Shown here one piece after another: positions 27,678-37,449 of a stretch of DNA of 64,000 nucleotides. Both the position numbers and the translations under genes were made by a program. Positions within the stretch are counted from its first letter, which is position 1. Each line of letters begins with the position of its first letter. The stretch spans positions 64,001 to 128,000 of the forward strand of contig CAWBBV010000002.1 in assembly GCA_963787125.1 (NCBI GenBank). The letters run 5' to 3'. The stretch is from an uncultured delta proteobacterium. GTDB lineage: Bacteria; Desulfobacterota; Desulfuromonadia; Geobacterales; DSM-12255. The notes under the pieces were generated by a model. The model was not told where the DNA came from. It saw nothing but the letters and a program-made list of their open reading frames with translations, and ran no database searches.

Positions 27678-30089
27678 CTATTCGCCATAACTCGTCGGCT
27701 CAGTGCCGCTAATAAAGCACTCTTGCAGGCTCCCTTCGCTCCCGTCCCGCGCCAGTCGGCCTGTTCTGGGGTTTATAGTGGCAAAAGTCAGATTGGCCGG
27801 CGCTAAGAAATTCTGAGCCGGCAGCCCCGCAACTGCCCGCTGCATAAACTCTACCCAGATGGGCGCCGCTGCCTGTCCACCAGAACCACCAGCACCCAGG
27901 GAACGCTCCTGATCGAAACCGACCCAGACACCTGCCACAAGCTGCGGAATGAAGCCGACAAACCAGGCATCTTTCATGTCGTTGGTTGTCCCGGTCTTCC
28001 CCGCAACCGGCCTGCCAAGAGCCTTTGCCCGCTGGCCAGTACCGCTGTTGACAACGCTCTGCATTAGATTGGTAATAATGTAGGAAACTTCCGGTGAAAC
28101 TACCTGCACCGGTGGCGGGAGCGTTGAGATACTGGCCGGTTTCGTCTCTGGCACTATGACTTGTGGCGCCTGACTGCTACCGGCATCGTCGCCGCTACCG
28201 GCCAGAGTGACTTTGACCGCCGAAGTATTGTTGCTGAAGGTTACCGGCGTCGGCGTGGGGGTCTCTTCCAGCACCTTGCCGTCCCGGTCGGTAACCTTGG
28301 TAATGAAATACGGTGTGACGCGGTAGCCGCCGGCAGCATAGACACCATAGGCAGCGGTCAACTCCTGGGGGGTAACGCTGGAGGCGCCGAGAGCAAGGGT
28401 CAGATTCGGCTCAAGGGTGGAAGTTATCCCCAGCTTCTTGGCAAACTCAATCGCTGTGCCGACGCCGATGGTCTCCAGAATCTTGATGCTGACGATATTG
28501 ATGGAGTTGGTCAGTGCGTCGCGCATGGTGACATTGCCGCGGTAGATATTGTCGTAGTTTTTCGGTTTCCAGGCCTTATCGCCGCCGCTATTATATTCAA
28601 CGGGCGAATCGTCGATGATGGAGGCGGCAGTCATCCCTTTCTCCAGGGCAGCGCCGTAGATGATCGGCTTGAAAGCCGAGCCGGGGTTTCGTTTCGCCTG
28701 CGTCGCCCGGTTAAATTGACTTTTCTTGAAATCATAGCCGCCGACCATCGCCTTGACGCCACCGGTGCGGGGATCCATGGCATAGATAGCCGCCTGAGCT
28801 TCCGGGGTCTGATCGAGGGCAAAGACCGCCCCCTTTTTATGCTCGTCGGGAGTGATGACCTGAACTTCGATTACACTGCCGAGAGAGAGCCCCTTGACCT
28901 TTTCCGGCAGCTTGCCGTAACTGTTCTGCAGGGTCAGCTTGCCTGCCCATGCCATCTGCTTCTTCGGCAGGATACCGACTCGCTCACCGACACTGACCGT
29001 CACCTCCCCCTTGACAGGGTCAACAGCGGTGACGACCCCCTGATGACTGCTCCCCTGCTTCAGAGAGGCAAGGTCGATGCCGTCTTCAAGTTTTTTACAG
29101 AACGCCTCGACTTCCGCCTCTTTGAGGAACTTCAGCGGCCCCCGGAAACCCTGACGCTTGTCAACAGCCTTGAGGCCGTTGACGACCGCATCGTAGGCCC
29201 CTTTCTGCATCTCGGCATTCATGGTCGTGTAAATATTCAGCCCTTCCTTGTAGAGCCGCTCTTCGCCATACTTCTCTTCCAGCTGCAGGCGGATCTGCTC
29301 GAGGAAATAGGCAGACTGGTCGTTGTTCACTTTTTTCAGCGAACGGATGACGATGGGGGTGGTTTTAGCATGGTCAGCCTCGGCCTGGGTAATGTAACCG
29401 TCCTTGACCATCCGCTCCAGAACATACCCCTGGCGCTCCTTGGCCTTCTCCATGTTTTTTATGGGCGAATAGGTGTTGGGCGCTTTCGGCAGACCGGCCA
29501 TCATAGCCATCTCGGCAAGATTCAGCTGTTCGACGTTCTTGGCAAAATAGGTTTCAGCGGCAAGCTGCACTCCGTAGGCACCGGCCCCCATGTAGATCTG
29601 GTTCAGGTAGATGTAGAGGATTTCATCCTTGGAGAGTTTTTTCTCCATTCGTGTTGCCAGGATCGCCTCTTTAAGTTTGCGGGAAAACTTCTTCTCAGGG
29701 GTCAGGAGCATCGACTTGGCGACCTGCTGGGTGATTGTCGAAGCACCCTCTTTTTTGCGCAGATGGATGACATTTTTGACCATGGCTCTGGCAATACCGA
29801 GATAATCAAGCCCTTTATGCTGGTAAAAATTGGAGTCCTCTGCGGCGACAAAAGCCTGAATAAGCCGACGCGGGATCTTGTTGACTTCAATGACCTTCCG
29901 TCGCTCAAGGTAGAATTCACCGACGAGACTGCCGTCGTCACCGAAAACCTGGGATACGATCGGCGGCTTGTAGTCTGCCAATCGGTCCACCTTTGGCAGT
30001 GAAACCATCAGAAAACCGAAGTAAACAGCAAAAGCTACCAGCAGCAGGACTGCCACTCCGGCTAGAACGAAAAGGATCCTGCGGCGCAT
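27678..30089 (-). CDS. mrcA: Penicillin-binding protein 1A
   Basis: EDSNFYQH and GASTITQQ transglycosylase motifs; SAFK, SIN and KTG transpeptidase motifs. Confidence 0.93.
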   Translation of the reverse strand: MRRRILFVLAGVAVLLLVAFAVYFGFLMVSLPKVDRLADYKPPIVSQVFGDDGSLVGEFYLERRKVIEVNKIPRRLIQAFVAAEDSNFYQHKGLDYLGIARAMVKNVIHLRKKEGASTITQQVAKSMLLTPEKKFSRKLKEAILATRMEKKLSKDEILYIYLNQIYMGAGAYGVQLAAETYFAKNVEQLNLAEMAMMAGLPKAPNTYSPIKNMEKAKERQGYVLERMVKDGYITQAEADHAKTTPIVIRSLKKVNNDQSAYFLEQIRLQLEEKYGEERLYKEGLNIYTTMNAEMQKGAYDAVVNGLKAVDKRQGFRGPLKFLKEAEVEAFCKKLEDGIDLASLKQGSSHQGVVTAVDPVKGEVTVSVGERVGILPKKQMAWAGKLTLQNSYGKLPEKVKGLSLGSVIEVQVITPDEHKKGAVFALDQTPEAQAAIYAMDPRTGGVKAMVGGYDFKKSQFNRATQAKRNPGSAFKPIIYGAALEKGMTAASIIDDSPVEYNSGGDKAWKPKNYDNIYRGNVTMRDALTNSINIVSIKILETIGVGTAIEFAKKLGITSTLEPNLTLALGASSVTPQELTAAYGVYAAGGYRVTPYFITKVTDRDGKVLEETPTPTPVTFSNNTSAVKVTLAGSGDDAGSSQAPQVIVPETKPASISTLPPPVQVVSPEVSYIITNLMQSVVNSGTGQRAKALGRPVAGKTGTTNDMKDAWFVGFIPQLVAGVWVGFDQERSLGAGGSGGQAAAPIWVEFMQRAVAGLPAQNFLAPANLTFATINPRTGRLARDGSEGSLQECFISGTEPTSYGE

Positions 30090-30266
30090 ATTGCCTTCAT
30101 GACGATCGGGAAGACGCCTGTCCACCGACTCTTTACCTTGATAAAGCTGCATTTGTTAGCCCCTTCGGAAAATGTCGCCTATTATGTCAGATTGCCGTTT
30201 GAATACAAGCGTAAACAGGGCAGGAATTAGTTGTTTGTGCTCCGTTGTAATGGTAGATATAGCTAT

Positions 30267-31649
30267 ATGAAAACCCTCACTTTCCGCGCTTTTATTGAGC
30301 TCCTCCCAGCCTGCGGAGAACTTCACACAGTTACGGCCACGGTAGATCCGCTGTTGGAGATTGCTGCGATCACGACAAAAGCCTGTCAAACCCGGCAGAA
30401 CAAGGCGTTGCTTTTCGAAGCTGTCAAAGGTTGCGATTTCAGGGTTTTGACCAACGGCTTTGGCTCTGAGCGCAGGATCTGCCTGGCGCTGGGAGTTGCA
30501 AGGCTTGCAGAGCTGACCGACTGGTTTGACAGACGCCTTGAAAACCTTGCGGGGACAGACAGCGCCGCAAAGCTGCAGGCATTAACGACATCTCCGGCCT
30601 GGCGCGCCGCTGCGCCAGAACTCTGCGAGCCCCCGTCTTATCTGCGTGCAGCGGCGCTTGATCTAGGCTCACTGCCGCTTATCAAGAATCAGCCGCTTGA
30701 TGGTCAGCCGGATCATGACGGCAAATTCATGACTCTGCCGCTGGTTATCACCGCAAATCATGACTTGAAAGAAATAAACTGCGGCATGTACCGGGCGGCG
30801 CTCATCGCCCCCGACACGCTTGCCATAAAGTGGAGCAGCACCAGCGGCGCCGCTCTGCACGCCGCTTCATGGGCATTGCACAGCAGGCGGATGCCGATGG
30901 TAATCGCCCTTGGCTGCTCGGCAGCAGTTACACTGGCAGCAACGCTGCCCCTCCCGGCCGAAATGGACGAACTCACTTTTGCCGGACTCCTTCAGGGAGA
31001 GCCGCTCAGGACCTTCCGCTGCGCCAACGGACTCAGCGCCCCTTCAGATGCCGAAATCATCATCGAGGGTTATCTGGAGGATGACCCCGTCCCTTGCGGA
31101 GCATTCGCCAATCACACCGGTTTTTATTCCCCGTCCGAACCGGCTGCGGCCATGAAAGTCACCTCATTGAAAATCCGGGAAAAGATGATCTTTCCGGCGG
31201 CTGTTGTCGGCAAACCGCCGACAGAAAGCTGCTGGCTTGCCCGCGCCGGCGGCTTTCTGCTCCTTTCCCTGTTGAAGCTTGACGTTCCGCAGGTTACCTC
31301 CCTGCATCAGCCTTTTGCCGGAATTTTCCACGGCGCGGTCTTCATCTCCGTAAAAAACAGCGCCGGCAATGGCCTTGAACTCATAACCGCCATCCGCAGA
31401 ACCCCCTGGTTTGCCGGCTCCAGACTGCTTGTCATCGTGACAGAAAAGCAGGATCCGGCCGATGAGGCCGGCGTTCTCTGGCGGATCATGAACTGTGTCA
31501 ATTGGGAAGAAGATATGCTAATTACAGATGGCAAACTCTCCATCAACGCCACCGGGAACGCGGCTGAAACCAGAGCTGTCGTCGAACCCGCTGCTGCTGT
31601 CACTGAAATGGTGGAGCGTCGCTGGAAGGAGTACGGTTTTGATGAATGA
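30267..31649 (+). CDS. UbiD-family decarboxylase-like protein (divergent)
   Basis: LEIAAIT, NCGMYR, AEIIIEG, HTGFY and VVGKPP UbiD-like motifs; precedes a ubiA-like gene. Confidence 0.8.
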   Translation: MKTLTFRAFIELLPACGELHTVTATVDPLLEIAAITTKACQTRQNKALLFEAVKGCDFRVLTNGFGSERRICLALGVARLAELTDWFDRRLENLAGTDSAAKLQALTTSPAWRAAAPELCEPPSYLRAAALDLGSLPLIKNQPLDGQPDHDGKFMTLPLVITANHDLKEINCGMYRAALIAPDTLAIKWSSTSGAALHAASWALHSRRMPMVIALGCSAAVTLAATLPLPAEMDELTFAGLLQGEPLRTFRCANGLSAPSDAEIIIEGYLEDDPVPCGAFANHTGFYSPSEPAAAMKVTSLKIREKMIFPAAVVGKPPTESCWLARAGGFLLLSLLKLDVPQVTSLHQPFAGIFHGAVFISVKNSAGNGLELITAIRRTPWFAGSRLLVIVTEKQDPADEAGVLWRIMNCVNWEEDMLITDGKLSINATGNAAETRAVVEPAAAVTEMVERRWKEYGFDE

Positions 31650-32520
31650 AGCGACCAAGAGCGGCGTTTTTGCGCGGCTGGCAATTTTTCTGGAGATGAT
31701 CAAATTCTCCCATACCCTTTTTGCGCTCCCCTTCGCCCTGACCGGCGCGATTCTGGCCGCCCGTGGGCTCCCGTCGGCCGGGCAGATTTTCTGGATACTG
31801 GTGGCCATGGTCGGCGCCCGCACTGCTGCCATGGGACTTAACCGGCTGATAGATGCCGACATTGACGCGAAAAATCCCCGCACCGCCACCAGGGCAATTC
31901 CCGCCGGACTCTTAAGCAAGGGGAGCGTTGCGCTCTTCATTGTGATTTCGATTCTGCTGCTGCTTTACGCCGCTTACCGCCTCAATCCCCTCTGCCTGAA
32001 ACTGGCGCCGGTGGCTATCTTCTTTCTGGTGCTCTACTCCTACTGCAAGCGCTTCACCGCCCTTGCCCATATCGTCCTCGGCATCTGTCTTGCCGGCGCG
32101 CCAATAGGGGCCTGGCTGGCGATCTGCGGCGAAATCAGCCTCCCTCCCGTCCTCCTTGGCGCAGCCGTGCTTTTCTGGGTGGCCGGTTTCGATATCCTTT
32201 ATGCCTTACAGGATCTGGAGTTTGATCGCCAGGCAGGGCTGCACTCAATCCCGGTCATCCTCGGCGTGACCGGCTCCCTCTGGCTCGCCCGGCTCTTTTC
32301 GCTGCTGATGGTGCTCCTCTTGATCTGGCTCTGCGTGGCCATGCAGCTGGGGATCGCCTTCATCTGCGGCATCGCATCGGTATCGCTGCTCCTTTTTTAC
32401 GAGCACTGGCTCTTAAGAAACGGCGATCTGGCAAAGCTTGATCTCGCCTTTTTCACCATGAACGGCTATGTCAGCATCATCATTTTTGTGACAACAGTGG
32501 TTGAAATCTTTTTCTCTTGA
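31642..32520 (+). CDS. UbiA-family polyprenyltransferase (MqnP-like)
   Basis: IKFSHTLFALPFA, NRLIDADIDAKNPRT, YSYCKRFT and DILYALQD motifs. Confidence 0.9.
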   Translation: MNEATKSGVFARLAIFLEMIKFSHTLFALPFALTGAILAARGLPSAGQIFWILVAMVGARTAAMGLNRLIDADIDAKNPRTATRAIPAGLLSKGSVALFIVISILLLLYAAYRLNPLCLKLAPVAIFFLVLYSYCKRFTALAHIVLGICLAGAPIGAWLAICGEISLPPVLLGAAVLFWVAGFDILYALQDLEFDRQAGLHSIPVILGVTGSLWLARLFSLLMVLLLIWLCVAMQLGIAFICGIASVSLLLFYEHWLLRNGDLAKLDLAFFTMNGYVSIIIFVTTVVEIFFS

Positions 32521-32567
32521 ATTGGAACAGATACCGCATAATACATCAATATTGATGTTGAGGGTTT

Positions 32568-32918
32568 ATGAATTTCATAGTAGAGTTATACGAGACAGCA
32601 AGCGGGAATTGTCCTGTCAGGGATTTTCTGGACGCACTGAAAACAAGAGATCCCGACGATTTTGCCGCCGTTCTTGCCGGCTTGGCAAAGCTGCGTGATC
32701 GGCAGTATCACCGCGAACCGCTCTCCAAGTCACTTGGAGACGGCCTGTTTGAGCTGCGCCACGTCGGCAAGCTGAACACTCGGGTTTTGTGGTTTTTTGT
32801 GAAAGGGCAGCGCATCATTGCCGTACACGGCATCCGCAATAAAGGGCAGGCAATTCCGCGGCAGGATCTGGCTACAGCAGCCGAAAGAATGGCCGATTGG
32901 CTGCAAAGGATGAAGTGA
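32568..32918 (+). CDS. RelE/ParE-family toxin
   Basis: LGDGLFELR..RVLWFF motif; perfect upstream palindrome ACATCAATATTGATGT at 32543-32558. Confidence 0.82.
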   Translation: MNFIVELYETASGNCPVRDFLDALKTRDPDDFAAVLAGLAKLRDRQYHREPLSKSLGDGLFELRHVGKLNTRVLWFFVKGQRIIAVHGIRNKGQAIPRQDLATAAERMADWLQRMK

Positions 32919-33256
32919 TGGAAAAGACTAATTTTGACAATTATCTTGATCAGCAGCTGCAAGATTCCGAATTTGCCACTCGCTTTGCAGCGGCTGGTGA
33001 GGCGTGGGATGTGGCGCTGCAGATAACAGAGTTGCGGCGCAAGTCCGGGCTCTCCCAAAAAGAGCTGGCCAAACTGCTGCACACATCACAACAACAGATC
33101 AGCCGACTGGAGTCGCCGGGGTACGAAGGGCACTCTCTGAGCATGCTCCGCCGGGTTGCCCATACTCTGCATGCGCGGGTGCGCGTGGTGTTCGAGCCGG
33201 AGGATGCGGTGGGGTTGCGGGTGGCGGAGAGTAAAGGGGAGTATAAGGGTGTGTGA
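32918..33256 (+). CDS. XRE HTH antitoxin
   Basis: GLSQKELAKLLHTSQQQISRLE; TGATG overlap with the toxin stop. Confidence 0.82.
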   Translation: MEKTNFDNYLDQQLQDSEFATRFAAAGEAWDVALQITELRRKSGLSQKELAKLLHTSQQQISRLESPGYEGHSLSMLRRVAHTLHARVRVVFEPEDAVGLRVAESKGEYKGV

Positions 33257-33609
33257 TTGCCGTTTGAGCTGATTACAAAACCGGGAAGTGTCCCTATTTT
33301 TCACGAATCCGATGTTCCGGCCGGGTCAGTCATGAGATCAGCTGCAAATAGCTGTTTCGCCCCGTGCAGAGCGGCTCTACAGGTTATCGAGATAAATAAG
33401 GCAGTTACAAGGTTTTAGCGGTAATAATAGTCACTGCGACTGGTGAATGGAGACCGCAGCGGGGTCAACCCCTGACACGAGACAAAAGTGAAAATCGTAA
33501 ATAAGCGTGAGGTGCGGAACAAAAAAGATTCCGGGTTACACGAGAATGAGTTAACGAGCACAGAGGAGAAAGGTCTTAGAAGCGGGTCTATAATATTGCT
33601 TTCGGAGAC

Positions 33610-33921
33610 TCATGCTGCGAGCAGTTCTTTCAAAACATCCGGTTTTTTTATGGCAATAGTGATAAGCGACTTTGCCGCGCCCGACGGCGCACGACGCCCC
33701 TGCTCCCACTCTTGGAGAGTGCGGAGCGACACACCGAGCAATTTAGCAAACTCGCTCTGGGAGAAACCTATCCTGAGACGGGACGCTACCAGAGGAGAAA
33801 CTTCTATGGTAGACACTCTCCCGACCCTGCCAGCTTTGAGGTCCCGCACGGCTTGGAGCAGTTCCTCGCCGATGTTGCGCTTTGCATCACGTTCGAGCAA
33901 TTCTTTTTCATCGAGTGGCAT
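33610..33921 (-). CDS. HigA-like HTH antitoxin
   Basis: SQSEFAKLLGVSLRTLQEWEQGRRAPSG. Confidence 0.85.
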   Translation of the reverse strand: MPLDEKELLERDAKRNIGEELLQAVRDLKAGRVGRVSTIEVSPLVASRLRIGFSQSEFAKLLGVSLRTLQEWEQGRRAPSGAAKSLITIAIKKPDVLKELLAA

Positions 33922-34228
33922 GTTCCATCTCCTCTTTAAGGGCTTTGAGAATATGACCGGGAATACTGTCAACGGCACTCTTGGCATAAATCAGAAGTAA
34001 CCAGATTTGCCCGGCCTCTGTTCGGGCAAAATAGAGAACCCTGACACCGCCGCTTTTGCCGGTTCCCCGACGGTTCCAGCGCACCTTGCGAACCCCGCCA
34101 GAGCCGCGTACCACGTCGCCCATATCAGAATTGGCGGCAAGATATTCCTGAAAGACTCCGTATTCGGTATCTGTCAGGTAATCATGTACCTGTTTCGTAA
34201 ACAGTGGCGATTCGACAAAAGTGACCAT
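33908..34228 (-). CDS. HigB/RelE-like toxin
   Basis: GSGGVRKVRW..GKSGGVRVLYF..LLIYAK; upstream palindrome TTATACG-N7-CGTATAA at 34236-34256. Confidence 0.85.
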   Translation of the reverse strand: MVTFVESPLFTKQVHDYLTDTEYGVFQEYLAANSDMGDVVRGSGGVRKVRWNRRGTGKSGGVRVLYFARTEAGQIWLLLIYAKSAVDSIPGHILKALKEEMEHATR

Positions 34229-34622
34229 GAACCGATTATACGGCAATGACGTATAAAGTCAACCGGCGAATTTGATTGAGAGAGATGATATTTTGAACCG
34301 CGTGAACCTTTATAACGCCCTTCACATATTCACATTTAAGGAAAAGTGATGTCCCAAAAAGCCCCATAGAAGTAAACCGCGCGAAAAAAGCCTGGCGGGC
34401 GGGTCATGGGGGAACACCGTTATCGCGTCACGATATCGCGGTGAAGACTGTCTGGAACTGGCTTTGAAAACACCTGACCAGACCCCGCAATCCCTTGGGT
34501 GAATGCGCCTATGCTGGCATCAGGCAATAGCGATAAAAAACCGGACAACGGAATATTTCTTGTAAATCCACGATTAAATAATTAAATTGCAAGGGATGAG
34601 ATCCTCTCAGCCTGGGGGCAAC

Positions 34623-34830
34623 ATGATTCCCCGTTTTATTTCAGCAACAATTCAGCGCCTTGCTGCAGGTTTTCCGGTTGTTGTTCTTACCGCCCCCCGC
34701 ACTCACTCCGCATTTTGCCAACTTCGGTAAACGTCTGGTCAAAACCCCGAAGCTCTATTTTCAAGACTCGGGGCTGGCGGCATTTCTTCTGGGAATCCAG
34801 ACACCGGCGCAGCTTTCTATTGCCTCACTC
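34623..34830 (+). pseudogene. Remnant of AAA+ ATPase / DUF4143 gene
   Basis: MIPRFI..FPVVVLTAPR breaks off at the Walker A start, then jumps frame to KRLVKTPKLYFQDSGL. Confidence 0.6.
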
Positions 34831-34859
34831 AAGAAGCGACTGCGCAGCGCTCAGGCAGA

Positions 34860-35182
34860 GCTGTTTGACAGCTTCCCCCCTTTACTACTGGGGCGATATT
34901 GACACTCACGGCTTTGCCATCCTTGATCAGCTCCGCAGCTCCTTCGACCACGTAGAGTCATTACTGATGGATCGCCGCACCCTGCTTGCCTTCGAAGCGC
35001 TCTGGGGGGTGGAAGAGCAGCAGACCCTCCGCGCTCTCCCCCGGCTTAACCGGGAGGAGAGCGCTCTTTACGACGATTTGCGGGATAATCGTCTCCGCCA
35101 GAACCTGCGGCTTGAGCAGGAGAGGATTGGCTTTAGCTGGGTAGAGAGTGCTATTCAGAACTTAGGAGCCGTAAATGAGTAA
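34860..35182 (+). pseudogene. C-terminal fragment of Wadjet JetD (DUF2220 Toprim-like)
   Basis: YWGDIDTHGFAILDQLR..LMD..RLEQERI; no N-terminal domain or plausible start. Confidence 0.7.
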
Positions 35183-35346
35183 CATGGTCAAAATTGCGCT
35201 CAGATTTAGGTCAGATTTGGCTGAACTGATTGAGGCAAACCGCAGGCGTAGCTTGGGCTACGTCGAGGATTTGACGATTGAGGTTCGGCTAAAGATGACC
35301 TGAAGATGAGATGCAAGATGCTCATGTTATTTGTTTCAGCTCCTTA
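35162..35346. repeat. Long palindromic MITE/REP-like element
   Basis: Imperfect terminal IRs (TAGGAGCCGTAAATGAGTAACATG / CATGTTATTTGTTTCAGCTCCTTA), internal complementary arms, central GCGTAGC-TTGG-GCTACGT. Confidence 0.6.
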
Positions 35347-35544
35347 CGCATCAACGCCACGGGATGAGTGCCAGGCAACTTCATGAGAGTAACTGTTGCT
35401 GCGTCGGGGGAATTTAAGCAAGCAATGCAATGATAACAGCGTAGTAACTTAACTTCGGATGTCCGAAGTTTTTATTGTTCTAATTGTAGAAGATGGTAAG
35501 TTAGTCAAGCAGCAAATTTTACCCCCGCGAAGGGATTGTGGCCG

Positions 35545-36717
35545 ATGAAAAACCCAGCGAAAGATGACCGTCTGAAAACCAATTCGCATTCGCTGCACTC
35601 CTTTGTGGAGTTGACCGGAGCGATACAGCGAGTCCATGAGGAGTTGGCGGCACAGGCCAGCCGTGCAGTCAACGTCAGCCTGACCCTGCGTAACTGGCTG
35701 ATTGGTTACCATATCGAAGAATATGAGCGTATCGGAAAAGATCGCGCTGAATATGGCGAACGGCTGATGGACGCGCTGGCAGCCGAACTGACAGCTTTGG
35801 GTGTTTCCCGCTGCGATCGACGAGAGTTGTACCGTTACCGGCAGTTCTATCTTACCTACCCGCAAATTGTGGAGGCGCTGACTCCACAATTGGACCAATA
35901 CCTTGGTGGACTGAGCCAAGTGGCTGAATTGGCTGAGAAGTTCAAGCGTGTCCGAATTGTGGAGTCAGTGACTCCCAAATGTCAAATAGACGGTAAAGCA
36001 CTGGCAACAAAACTCTCCTTTACGCATATTGCTGAGCTTATCAATATCGACGACAACACCAAGCGGGCTTTCTACGAAATCGAGTGCCTGCGCGGTAATT
36101 GGTCAGTCCGCGAGCTGAAACGGCAGATCGGCAGTCTCTATTATGAACGTTCTGGTTTGTCCCTGAACAAGGAGAAACTCTCCGAATTGGCAAATCAGTC
36201 CGCGGAACGGGCAGAGTCTCGCCTGGCAATTCGTGATCCCTATATCTTTGAATTTCTCGGACTCCGCCCCAAGGAGGTCATGGGGGAGTCTCACCTCGAA
36301 GATCAACTGATCGACAAGTTAGAAGAGTTCCTGCTGGAAATGGGCCACGGCTTCTGTTTCGAGGCCCGGCAAAAGCGCATTCTCATTGGCGACGAACACT
36401 TTTTTATCGACCTGGTTTTCTACCACCGCCTTCTCAAGTGCCATGTACTGGTAGAGCTGAAGCTGCAAAAATTCAGTCAGGAAAATATCGGCCAGCTCAA
36501 CACCTACGTAAGCTGGTATCGCAAAAATATGATGACCGAGGGGGACAACCCGCCTATCGGTATCCTGCTCTGCACCGACAAGAATCACGCCCTCGCCGAA
36601 TATGCCTTGGCGGGGCTTGACAACAACCTCTTCGTCTCCAAATACCTGCTGGAGCTGCCCAGGAAAGAGGAGATGCAGCGGTTTATCGATGCGCAGATTC
36701 GGCAGGTGCGGCCATGA
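35545..36717 (+). CDS. YhcG/DUF1016 PD-(D/E)xK nuclease-like protein
   Basis: WSVRELKRQI, RDPYIFEFLG, IDLVFYHR..VELK and NPPIGILLC motifs. Confidence 0.9.
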   Translation: MKNPAKDDRLKTNSHSLHSFVELTGAIQRVHEELAAQASRAVNVSLTLRNWLIGYHIEEYERIGKDRAEYGERLMDALAAELTALGVSRCDRRELYRYRQFYLTYPQIVEALTPQLDQYLGGLSQVAELAEKFKRVRIVESVTPKCQIDGKALATKLSFTHIAELINIDDNTKRAFYEIECLRGNWSVRELKRQIGSLYYERSGLSLNKEKLSELANQSAERAESRLAIRDPYIFEFLGLRPKEVMGESHLEDQLIDKLEEFLLEMGHGFCFEARQKRILIGDEHFFIDLVFYHRLLKCHVLVELKLQKFSQENIGQLNTYVSWYRKNMMTEGDNPPIGILLCTDKNHALAEYALAGLDNNLFVSKYLLELPRKEEMQRFIDAQIRQVRP

Positions 36718-36775
36718 AAGGTACGTCCAGGCTTAATTTCGTGCCTTTCTGTAACATTGGCTTCAGGAGGTCTAA

Positions 36776-37378
36776 ATGAAACGTCACATCGCCGTCGCCA
36801 TAACCGGCGCCTCAGGCGCAATTTACGGCATCAGGTTGATTGAAGAGCTCCTTAAAGCCGGCAGCCGCGTCAGCCTTTTAATAAGTAAAAGCGGGCTGAT
36901 TGTCCTGAAGGAGGAGTGTGGGCTTGACTGGTCGGGCGACGAAAATGCCATGAACGGCACTATTCGCGCTTATTTCAAGGTTGCAGCCGACTCTCTTGTC
37001 TACTATGGCGACAACAATTTCTTCTCTCCCCTGGCGAGCGGCTCGGCCGCTCCGGCGGCGATGATTGTCGCCCCCTGCTCTATGGGGAGCCTGGCACGGA
37101 TCGCCGCCGGTCTTTCCGGCAATCTTCTGGAGCGGGCCGCCGATGTGATGCTCAAAGAGGGGAAGCCGCTGCTGCTCCTGCCGCGGGAAACGCCCTTTTC
37201 CGCCATCCATCTGGAAAACATGCTCAAGCTGGCCCGTCTCGGCGTGCGGATCATCCCGGCCATGCCCGGATTCTACGGCCATCCGCGGACTATTGACGAT
37301 ATTGTTGATTTTGTTGTCGGGAAAATGCTGGATCAGCTTGGGATTGAGGGAAATCTTTTCAAACGGTGGAGGGAGTAA
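36776..37378 (+). CDS. ubiX: Flavin prenyltransferase UbiX
   Basis: ITGASGAIYG, ASGS, PCSMGSL, RAADV, PRETP and PGFY motifs. Confidence 0.93.
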   Translation: MKRHIAVAITGASGAIYGIRLIEELLKAGSRVSLLISKSGLIVLKEECGLDWSGDENAMNGTIRAYFKVAADSLVYYGDNNFFSPLASGSAAPAAMIVAPCSMGSLARIAAGLSGNLLERAADVMLKEGKPLLLLPRETPFSAIHLENMLKLARLGVRIIPAMPGFYGHPRTIDDIVDFVVGKMLDQLGIEGNLFKRWRE

Positions 37379-37449
37379 ACAACCGCGCGACTTGATCCTT
37401 CCCCCCGGCGACCTTGCGTCCAGCAACTCCTTGCACTATAATCCCTGCC

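Noticed and set aside
28161..30002. 613-aa ORF on the + strand
   Set aside because: Antisense shadow of PBP1A.
33256..33610. Integron attC sites or REP ends around the TA cassettes
   Set aside because: Only short motifs such as GGGGTCAACCCC; no convincing paired R/L boxes and no integron integrase or transposase.
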